Positions 28,345 to 35,908 of a stretch of 42,737 bases of DNA are shown one piece after another (the stretch's first letter is position 1; the number at the start of each line of letters is the position of its first letter). The DNA is from a candidate division WOR-3 bacterium (GTDB lineage: Bacteria > Hydrothermota > Tepidihabitantia > SM23-42 > JAOAFX01). Location of the stretch: positions 1 through 42,737 of the forward strand of contig JBDRWI010000010.1 of NCBI GenBank assembly GCA_039802265.1, in the 5' to 3' direction. The notes beneath the pieces are model-generated. The model ran no database searches and was not told the DNA's origin. It saw only the letters and a list, made by a program, of their open reading frames with translations. The position numbers and the translations under genes are program-made.

Positions 28345-31300
28345 ATGGTCTCTAAAAAAATAACTAAAGGAGTAATTTTTATACTCCTTGGTTGCGTGGT
28401 TCTTGAGGCCTCATGGGTACCATTTCGTCTGGATAATAGAGTGGAAAAGACCGCAGTGAATGTTCTCTCTTCAACCGAATCTTCGGTGCTTGTGAATTTT
28501 GAAATCTTTGGCGCCGAGGTCTCAGAATATGATGCAAGAAAATTAACAGATACAGGAGATGAAGTCTTTGCGGTTTTTAAGATTGATGAGTATGCCTTTA
28601 CGGGTGAAATCGGGAGGCCACAATTGCCAATGATAACAGCAGTCCTTGATGTTCCACATAAGGCAGAGATTCGGGTTGAGGTAATCTCCGCAGATTATAA
28701 TGAATTTGATTTAAAGACACTGGGAATAAATAAAAGAATTGCACCCGCGCTTCAGAGTGTTCCCAAAATACCTAATGCCAGGGCCCACTTTGTGCTTGAC
28801 CAGAGTGTGTATTCCACCGATGCCTTTTACCCCGATAAGATTGCGGATATCTATGAAGGTGATGGTGGGTTAGCCCGGGGACACAGATTGGCAACATTGA
28901 GGGTTTATCCTGTCCATTATAATCCAGTTACCGGTAAGATAAGGTGTTATACGAAGATAAAAGTAAATGTGGATTTTGTCGGTGGTGATATTTTAGAAAC
29001 TCAACGAGTAATTGCCAGAGACTACTCAACAATGTGGGAGCAGTTTATCCAAAGAACTGTAATCAATTATCCTGAATACCTGAAGGGCGTCCCGCCGCTG
29101 CCCATCTATTATGATATCTTTTATAACGGACAGGCACAAACCGTAGCCAGAAAACTTGCCCAGTGGAAGAAGAAAAAGGGATATAAAGTCAGAATGTGGA
29201 ATGCGGGGGGATGGAGTGCAACAGCAATAAATGACACAATCAGATTCCAGAATCCATTAGCAACTTTTTTGGTGATAATGGGCGACCCGAATTCAAGTTC
29301 TATTGCCTTACCACCCTCAGGAACGGGTTCTTCCTCAGGAGACCAGACCGACCTCTATTATGCAGAAACAAATGAATCAGGTTATTTACCCGATATGTTT
29401 AATGCCCGAATATCTATTCTTGATACAGCCCAGGGAAATACAGTTGTGAACAAGGCAATCCGCTGGGAGCATGCGAACTTTGGCTCCGCGGGTTATTCCT
29501 GGCTAAAGAAGGCATGCTTTATTGCGGGTTATGATGCCAGTTGGCAGAATTTTGGCATGGCAACCAACTGGTATTGCCGCAATCTACTTGTGCCTTATGG
29601 ATATACAGTTGATACACTCGTTTATGCCTACGGTGAGCAAGAAGGTAGGGTCGTTTCACAGATAAATGCGGGTCGCGCCTGGATGGTCTATACTGCACAC
29701 GGAAGTCAAACATCTTGGGCAGTTGGTTATTCAGGTGACTTCAATGTAACTGAGTTGACCAATCTCACAAACAACCTTGATATGTATCCAATGCCCTGTG
29801 GACATTGTTGTTTGACCGGTGATTATGAATATTCATCAAACTGTTTTGGCGAAACATGGGATAGACTTAGTGGCAAAGGCGGTATCTGTTATTTTGGTAG
29901 TGTGCCTTCTACATTCTGGTATGAAGATGACTGGCTCCAGAGGAGATACTTTGATGCAATCTACACTGATTCAATCACAGGACGGCTCTACGAGACGGGC
30001 AGATTTACCCAGTGGGGTCTATACTGGATTGAGAACAATACAAGTTCCGACAATAAGCGATACTACTTTGAAGCCTATCATCTCTTCAATGACCCTTCGT
30101 TAGACTTCTGGACCGATGTACCTGATACCTTGCTTGTAACCCATAACCCGTTTGTTGTGCCTGGCACGAGCAATTTTACAGTTAATGTCAAAGATAATAA
30201 TGGTGTCACACCGCTTAAGGACGCGCTTGTCTGCTTGTGGATTTATACCCAGACACCCGAGCTACATGTTGCTGGTTATACTGATGCAAATGGCAATGTC
30301 ACTTTAAGTGTTTCAGCCCAGAATCCAATGGATACAATGTGGGTTACCGTGACAAAACACAACTACAGACCTTATGAAGGTTATGCCCTGGTCCAGGATG
30401 TTGGTATGCCTGCGGTCCCAACAGTTACAAGACCCCTTGACTTTGCCCGCCTGCCCTATTTACAGCCCACTCTCTCGTTCTATTCTACAGACCCGAATAA
30501 TGACCAGTTGCAATATCGGGTCTTATGGGATGAAGATCCCAATTTCACCAGTCCTGATAGTGCGACGACTGGTTTGTATAATAGTGGTGTGGTGGTCAAT
30601 TTTGTCTTTCCTTCTGCCTTACAGAATGGTATGACCTACTGGTGGAAGGTGAAGTGTAGGGACCCGAATGGTTCGGGCTACTGGACACAATATACTACAA
30701 AGCGTTCGTTTACGGTTGGGACGAGTTTACCCCAGAATACCTGTTCCTGGTATCAGACGACGAATGCCCAGTTTAATTTTGATATTTTCAATGGGACGCA
30801 GGTTCAGGGAGATAGTGTGGTTTTGTTGCCTTCGGGTCAGACGGTGGTTGATAGTTTGCTTTTTGCCAATTTTGAGAGTGGTCTGCCTTCGGGTTGGACG
30901 GTGGTGAATAGTAATGGTGATCAATATCAGTGGACGACGGGTACGACTTCGGATTTGGGTTCTTATACTCCGCCTGATTATGGTTCGGCTTATGCTTATT
31001 ATTCGGATGATGATGCGGGTAGTAGTGCGCCGGTGAGTACTGAGGAGGGTTTGGTGACGCCGAGGGTATATGTTGGTGGTATTACTTCGGGTTTGGAGTT
31101 GGTTTATGGTTATGGTTATAATGATTATTCTTCTTATGATTATTATCGTGTGCGGATGCGTCGGTTTGTTGGTGGTAGTTGGCAGTCTTGGGTGCAGTTG
31201 CGGGAGTATAATGCGGATGGTAGTGGGAATGAGGTGATAGGTTTGGATTCGTATTTGCCTTGTGATTCGATGCAGTTTGAGTGGTATTATACTGAGACCA

Positions 31301-32061
31301 GTGCGACCTGGGGATGGGCGTGTGCGGTGGACAATGTTTTGTTGCGGCATACATATCAGTTGAGTAATGATTATGGGACATTGACCGGGACGCCGGTGGT
31401 TTATCATGATTTGTCAACCACTTATCCGCGTAGTCTTTGGGGTGATGTGGTCTGGCGTAAGGCGAGTGCTGGTGATTCTATAGGTATTCAGGTGGAGTAT
31501 TATAATGGTTCAAGTTGGCAGTTGATTCCCAATTCGGTCTTGCCTGGTAATTCTGGGGGGTTTTTTACCAATCTGGCGGTGGATACGGTGAAGTTGACGA
31601 ATGTGGATACGGTGGTTTACAATACTTTGCGGTTGAAGGCGTTGTTTTATCGGGTTACGAAGTCGCCGAATAATCCTGCGTTATTGGATTGGGAGGTTGG
31701 TAATTTATCAGGTTATGGTATTGCTGACGCCTTGAACACTACGCCTTACTTATTACACTTTTCGGTTTCTCCGAATCCATTCCGGAATCACCTTGTGATT
31801 CATTATGCACTAAGCACTATGCACTATGCGTTAGATAACAGCGTGGCTGGTGCCTACTCCATAGTGCCTACTATTTGTATTTATGATGTTACAGGTAGAC
31901 TTGTTAGAGACTTTTCGCGGTTAACGGTAAACGGTGAACGTTCAGCGGTCATCTGGGATGGTACTGATGATTCAGGTCGGAGGTTGCCTTGTGGTGTCTA
32001 TTTTGTGCGGTTGGAAGCGGGTGATTTTAAGAAGGTTGAGAAGGCGGTATTGTTAAGATAG
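28345..32061 (+). CDS. secreted C25 (gingipain-like) cysteine peptidase: propeptide, catalytic domain, Ig/FN3-like domain, adhesin-like module, T9SS/FlgD-like CTD
   Basis: Signal peptide, GRPQLP propeptide, DLYYA..., YTAHG (His), CCLTG (Cys), LFNDPSL, PNPF...IYDVTGRLVR...GVYFVRL...K; SD AGGAGG. Confidence 0.9.
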   Translation: MVSKKITKGVIFILLGCVVLEASWVPFRLDNRVEKTAVNVLSSTESSVLVNFEIFGAEVSEYDARKLTDTGDEVFAVFKIDEYAFTGEIGRPQLPMITAVLDVPHKAEIRVEVISADYNEFDLKTLGINKRIAPALQSVPKIPNARAHFVLDQSVYSTDAFYPDKIADIYEGDGGLARGHRLATLRVYPVHYNPVTGKIRCYTKIKVNVDFVGGDILETQRVIARDYSTMWEQFIQRTVINYPEYLKGVPPLPIYYDIFYNGQAQTVARKLAQWKKKKGYKVRMWNAGGWSATAINDTIRFQNPLATFLVIMGDPNSSSIALPPSGTGSSSGDQTDLYYAETNESGYLPDMFNARISILDTAQGNTVVNKAIRWEHANFGSAGYSWLKKACFIAGYDASWQNFGMATNWYCRNLLVPYGYTVDTLVYAYGEQEGRVVSQINAGRAWMVYTAHGSQTSWAVGYSGDFNVTELTNLTNNLDMYPMPCGHCCLTGDYEYSSNCFGETWDRLSGKGGICYFGSVPSTFWYEDDWLQRRYFDAIYTDSITGRLYETGRFTQWGLYWIENNTSSDNKRYYFEAYHLFNDPSLDFWTDVPDTLLVTHNPFVVPGTSNFTVNVKDNNGVTPLKDALVCLWIYTQTPELHVAGYTDANGNVTLSVSAQNPMDTMWVTVTKHNYRPYEGYALVQDVGMPAVPTVTRPLDFARLPYLQPTLSFYSTDPNNDQLQYRVLWDEDPNFTSPDSATTGLYNSGVVVNFVFPSALQNGMTYWWKVKCRDPNGSGYWTQYTTKRSFTVGTSLPQNTCSWYQTTNAQFNFDIFNGTQVQGDSVVLLPSGQTVVDSLLFANFESGLPSGWTVVNSNGDQYQWTTGTTSDLGSYTPPDYGSAYAYYSDDDAGSSAPVSTEEGLVTPRVYVGGITSGLELVYGYGYNDYSSYDYYRVRMRRFVGGSWQSWVQLREYNADGSGNEVIGLDSYLPCDSMQFEWYYTETSATWGWACAVDNVLLRHTYQLSNDYGTLTGTPVVYHDLSTTYPRSLWGDVVWRKASAGDSIGIQVEYYNGSSWQLIPNSVLPGNSGGFFTNLAVDTVKLTNVDTVVYNTLRLKALFYRVTKSPNNPALLDWEVGNLSGYGIADALNTTPYLLHFSVSPNPFRNHLVIHYALSTMHYALDNSVAGAYSIVPTICIYDVTGRLVRDFSRLTVNGERSAVIWDGTDDSGRRLPCGVYFVRLEAGDFKKVEKAVLLR
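30865..31706 (+). repeat. 842-bp intragenic direct repeat, copy 1 (shared adhesin-like module)
   Basis: Identical to 34359-35200 except at five positions (31021, 31054, 31308, 31380, 31494); no indels. Confidence 0.97.
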
Positions 32062-32154
32062 GGATGAAAAGGGTGAAGAGGGGGGAAGAAGGGGTAAAGA
32101 GATTTTCCCTTGATTCCCCCTTCTCACCTTGATTTACTTTGATAACCCTCACTT
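32062..32154 (+). repeat. 10-bp-periodic purine tract followed by a pyrimidine tract (imperfect hairpin)
   Basis: GGGATGAAAA GGGTGAAGAG GGGGGAAGAA GGGGTAAAGA, then TTCCCTTGAT-like units; related to 35531-35638. Confidence 0.75.
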
Positions 32155-32171
32155 GGTAAAAAAGGAATGGT

Positions 32172-35100
32172 ATGAAGAAAATTTGTGTTTTCTTCTTGTT
32201 GATTACAATCCTTCTCGGGCAATCCTTTACCCGTGATATAGAGAGATTGGTTCTGATACATCTGCCAAATCATGATGAGGTATATAAACTGCGGCATTAT
32301 ACGATTATTGATGCGGGTAAAGACTATGCAAAGGCACTGTTGAGTGACAAAGAGATCGCAGATTTAAGAAATGCAGGTTATGAGCTTGATATTCTAATTG
32401 AGGATTACAAAAAGTATAAAGACGAAATCTTTGCCCGTGGATTTTATCATACATATAATCAGGTCTATCTTGTCCTTGATTCATTTGCGACACTTTATCC
32501 AAATATATGCCGTCTTGATACAATTGGTTTTAGTGTTCAGGGTCGGGCAATCTGGGCGATGCGGGTTACGGATAACCCTTTATTAGAAGAAAATGAACCA
32601 GAAATAAGGCTTGCCGGTAATATGCACGGTGATGAACATATCGGAACCGAGATTACCCTCTATTTTCTGCGTTATCTTTTAACAAACTATGCCACAAATC
32701 CCCAGGTGCAGAATCTTGTGAATAATAGAGAGTTCTGGATTCTACCGACATTGAATCCGGATGGCAAGGTAGCAAATTCAAGATATAATGCCAATGGTGT
32801 GGATTTGAATCGTGACTATGGCTATTTCTGGGCAGGGGATGGTGGTAGTCCTGGGCCATCATCCCAGATTGAAAATCAACATATGATGAACCATTTATTG
32901 CAGAACGATATCTGCCTTGAGTATAATTATCATTCAGCGGCATACTATGTTAACTATCCCTGGGATTATCACCCTGCTGACCCATCGGATAGTATGCATA
33001 TTATCAATCTTTCAGAGATTTATGCAGATTCTGCTAACTTAACTGCAATAAACGGCTATGACTGGTATCAGGTTTGTGGTTCTTTACAGGATTATACAAT
33101 TGGAACCTCGGGTGCCCTTGCCTGGACAATAGAGACTGATGAGCCTGCGGGTTCTTCAGCCATTGACCAGATATGCTATGATAATCGCGATGCCCTGATG
33201 GATATATGTAATCGGGCAGGCTGGGGCATTGAAGGTGTAGTGAAGGATTCAATCACGAATAGTCCATTATATGCCCGGATTGAGGTTTTAACTCCTGAGA
33301 GAATTTGTGTTTATACCGACCCCAATTTAGGTGATTTCCATAAGATGATACAGTCAGGGACTTATAGTCTTAGAATTTCGGCAAATGGTTATAATCCAAA
33401 AACAATCAATAATATAGTTGTCCCTGCTACCGGAAGTATAAATCTTGGTGAAATCAAACTTTCACCCAATCCAAACTGGCTGTATGCACTACGGGTTGTT
33501 ATCGTGCGTTACTCTCAGCATGCAGAACAATCTAACAAAACACAGCCAAGATTTGCCCTTGGGACAAACGATAATGTCTTCTTCTCTTTAGGCCAGAGTG
33601 GATATATTGTCCTTGATATGGGTCCTAATACACCCATTGTTAATATTCCAGGTAATGATTTTACAGTCTATGAAGGTAATGACGGCACAGCAGAAGGTTA
33701 TACGGTCTATGCAAGTAATAACTGGAATGGACCCTGGTATAGTTGTGGAACAGGAACTGGCACCCAGGATTTTGATTTGGCAACTGCCGGACTTTCTGAG
33801 GCAAGATATGTAAGGATTGTAGATGATGGAAGTACTACATCAGGTCAGTATGCTGGTTTTGACCTTGATGCAATTAAATTTTATGCATCTACAACTGGCT
33901 TGCCGGCTATTCCCACGATTGTTAAACCTCTGGATTTTGCTCGGCTTTCTGACTTACAGCCTACCCTTTCTTTTTACTCTACTGATCCAACCGGTGACGA
34001 TATTCAATATCGGGTTTTATGGGATACGGACCCGAATTTTGGTTCGCCGGAGAGCACCACCACGGGCCTTTACCCTAGTGGAACCGTCGTTAATTTTGTC
34101 TTTCCTTCTGCCTTACAGGATGGCATGACCTACTGGTGGAAGGTTAAGTGTACAGACCCTGGAGGCTCTGGTTACTGGACTCAGTATACACAAAGTCGTT
34201 CATTTACGATTGGGACGAGTTTACCCCAGAACACCTGTTCCTGGTATCAGACCACTGGTGCGCAATTTGGATTTGATCTATTTTTTAATACAATTGTGCA
34301 GGGTGATAGTGTATTAATTTCGCCAACCGGTCAGAATATTGTGGATACGTTTTTGTTCGCCAATTTTGAGAGTGGTCTGCCTTCGGGTTGGACGGTGGTG
34401 AATAGTAATGGTGATCAATATCAGTGGACGACGGGTACGACTTCGGATTTGGGTTCTTATACTCCGCCTGATTATGGTTCGGCTTATGCTTATTATTCGG
34501 ATGATGATGCGGGTGGTAGTGCGCCGGTGAGTACTGAGGAGGGTTTGTTGACGCCGAGGGTATATGTTGGTGGTATTACTTCGGGTTTGGAGTTGGTTTA
34601 TGGTTATGGTTATAATGATTATTCTTCTTATGATTATTATCGTGTGCGGATGCGTCGGTTTGTTGGTGGTAGTTGGCAGTCTTGGGTGCAGTTGCGGGAG
34701 TATAATGCGGATGGTAGTGGGAATGAGGTGATAGGTTTGGATTCGTATTTGCCTTGTGATTCGATGCAGTTTGAGTGGTATTATACTGAGACCAGTGCGA
34801 CTTGGGGATGGGCGTGTGCGGTGGACAATGTTTTGTTGCGGCATACATATCAGTTGAGTAATGATTATGGGACGTTGACCGGGACGCCGGTGGTTTATCA
34901 TGATTTGTCAACCACTTATCCGCGTAGTCTTTGGGGTGATGTGGTCTGGCGTAAGGCGAGTGCTGGTGATTCTATAGGTATTCAGGTTGAGTATTATAAT
35001 GGTTCAAGTTGGCAGTTGATTCCCAATTCGGTCTTGCCTGGTAATTCTGGGGGGTTTTTTACCAATCTGGCGGTGGATACGGTGAAGTTGACGAATGTGG

Positions 35101-35534
35101 ATACGGTGGTTTACAATACTTTGCGGTTGAAGGCGTTGTTTTATCGGGTTACGAAGTCGCCGAATAATCCTGCGTTATTGGATTGGGAGGTTGGTAATTT
35201 GTCGAGTTATATTGGGGTTGCGGATGTTTCAAGCGCTACGCCTTATGCCTTATGCTTTACGGTTTTTCCGAATCCGTTCCGGGACAGGTTGGATATTAGA
35301 TACCGGGTACCGGATACAGGTGATGTAGGGCAAGGCTTTAGCCTTGCAATTTATGATGTTTCGGGCCGGGTTGTTAGGTCGTTTAATCTTGAATCCAGTA
35401 TCCAGAATCAGGTATCCAGTGTGGTCTGGGATGGTACCGATGATTCAGGTCGGAGGCTTCCTGCGGGTGTCTATTTTGTGCGGTTGGAAGCGGGTGATTT
35501 TAAGAAGGTGGAGAAGGCGATACTATTAAGATAA
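32172..35534 (+). CDS. secreted M14 zinc carboxypeptidase with FN3-like domain, shared adhesin-like module and T9SS/FlgD-like CTD
   Basis: Signal peptide, MHGDE (HxxE), NPDG, DLNRDY, NYHS, YPWD, WTIE; CTD PNPF...IYDVSGRVVR...GVYFVRL. Confidence 0.9.
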   Translation: MKKICVFFLLITILLGQSFTRDIERLVLIHLPNHDEVYKLRHYTIIDAGKDYAKALLSDKEIADLRNAGYELDILIEDYKKYKDEIFARGFYHTYNQVYLVLDSFATLYPNICRLDTIGFSVQGRAIWAMRVTDNPLLEENEPEIRLAGNMHGDEHIGTEITLYFLRYLLTNYATNPQVQNLVNNREFWILPTLNPDGKVANSRYNANGVDLNRDYGYFWAGDGGSPGPSSQIENQHMMNHLLQNDICLEYNYHSAAYYVNYPWDYHPADPSDSMHIINLSEIYADSANLTAINGYDWYQVCGSLQDYTIGTSGALAWTIETDEPAGSSAIDQICYDNRDALMDICNRAGWGIEGVVKDSITNSPLYARIEVLTPERICVYTDPNLGDFHKMIQSGTYSLRISANGYNPKTINNIVVPATGSINLGEIKLSPNPNWLYALRVVIVRYSQHAEQSNKTQPRFALGTNDNVFFSLGQSGYIVLDMGPNTPIVNIPGNDFTVYEGNDGTAEGYTVYASNNWNGPWYSCGTGTGTQDFDLATAGLSEARYVRIVDDGSTTSGQYAGFDLDAIKFYASTTGLPAIPTIVKPLDFARLSDLQPTLSFYSTDPTGDDIQYRVLWDTDPNFGSPESTTTGLYPSGTVVNFVFPSALQDGMTYWWKVKCTDPGGSGYWTQYTQSRSFTIGTSLPQNTCSWYQTTGAQFGFDLFFNTIVQGDSVLISPTGQNIVDTFLFANFESGLPSGWTVVNSNGDQYQWTTGTTSDLGSYTPPDYGSAYAYYSDDDAGGSAPVSTEEGLLTPRVYVGGITSGLELVYGYGYNDYSSYDYYRVRMRRFVGGSWQSWVQLREYNADGSGNEVIGLDSYLPCDSMQFEWYYTETSATWGWACAVDNVLLRHTYQLSNDYGTLTGTPVVYHDLSTTYPRSLWGDVVWRKASAGDSIGIQVEYYNGSSWQLIPNSVLPGNSGGFFTNLAVDTVKLTNVDTVVYNTLRLKALFYRVTKSPNNPALLDWEVGNLSSYIGVADVSSATPYALCFTVFPNPFRDRLDIRYRVPDTGDVGQGFSLAIYDVSGRVVRSFNLESSIQNQVSSVVWDGTDDSGRRLPAGVYFVRLEAGDFKKVEKAILLR
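34359..35200 (+). repeat. 842-bp intragenic direct repeat, copy 2
   Basis: 99.4% identical to 30865-31706 at a constant offset of 3494. Confidence 0.97.
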
Positions 35535-35638
35535 GGGTAAAGAAGGGTGAAGAGGGGTGAAGAGGGGTGAATAAGGGAGAAGAAGGGCTTCCTTAATTTC
35601 CCTTTATTACCCCTTATTCCCCTTGATAACCCTTACTT
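35531..35638 (+). repeat. 10-bp-periodic purine tract followed by a pyrimidine tract (imperfect hairpin)
   Basis: ATAAGGGTAA AGAAGGGTGA AGAGGGGTGA AGAGGGGTGA ATAAGGGAGA AGAAGGG, then CCTTAATTTC CCTTTATTAC CCCTTATTCC CCTTGATAAC. Confidence 0.8.
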
Positions 35639-35683
35639 ATTAATGAATGTTGGGTTTAGAAGTAAGAAATTGGAAAAAGATAA

Positions 35684-35712
35684 TTGACAAAGAGAAAAAA
35701 ATTGGATAAAAT
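35684..35712 (+). promoter_or_regulatory. sigma70-type promoter of the second C25 protease
   Basis: TTGACA, 17-bp spacer, TAAAAT. Confidence 0.65.
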
Positions 35713-35908
35713 CTTATTGTTGGTTGATGAGCGATGTTGAATAAAAAATAGACTTAAATCTAAGAAAGGGGGTGATGCTCAAACAAAAATAAAAGGAATT
35801 TGCAACCCGGAGTGAGAACAGAAATAGAAGGCAAGAGGTTGGGAAGGTATGTGTGAGAAAAGTCTGTGTTAATGTGTGAGTTTTGGAGAGTAAAGAAAGG
35901 AGAAAAAA

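Noticed and set aside
30727..34911. Long antisense ORFs rich in I/T/R/H/N (30727-31407, 31082-31417, 34314-34901, 34576-34911)
   Set aside because: These are shadows of the G/T wobble skew, which removes stop codons from the opposite strand. They are low complexity and duplicated only because the module is.
30865..35200. Diversity-generating retroelement TR/VR pair
   Set aside because: Both copies are coding and far longer than a typical TR. Only 2 of 5 mismatches involve A, and there is no reverse transcriptase or Avd gene in the window.
32062..35638. CRISPR array interpretation of the periodic repeats
   Set aside because: The units are 7-10 bp tandem repeats without unique spacers, and there are no cas genes.
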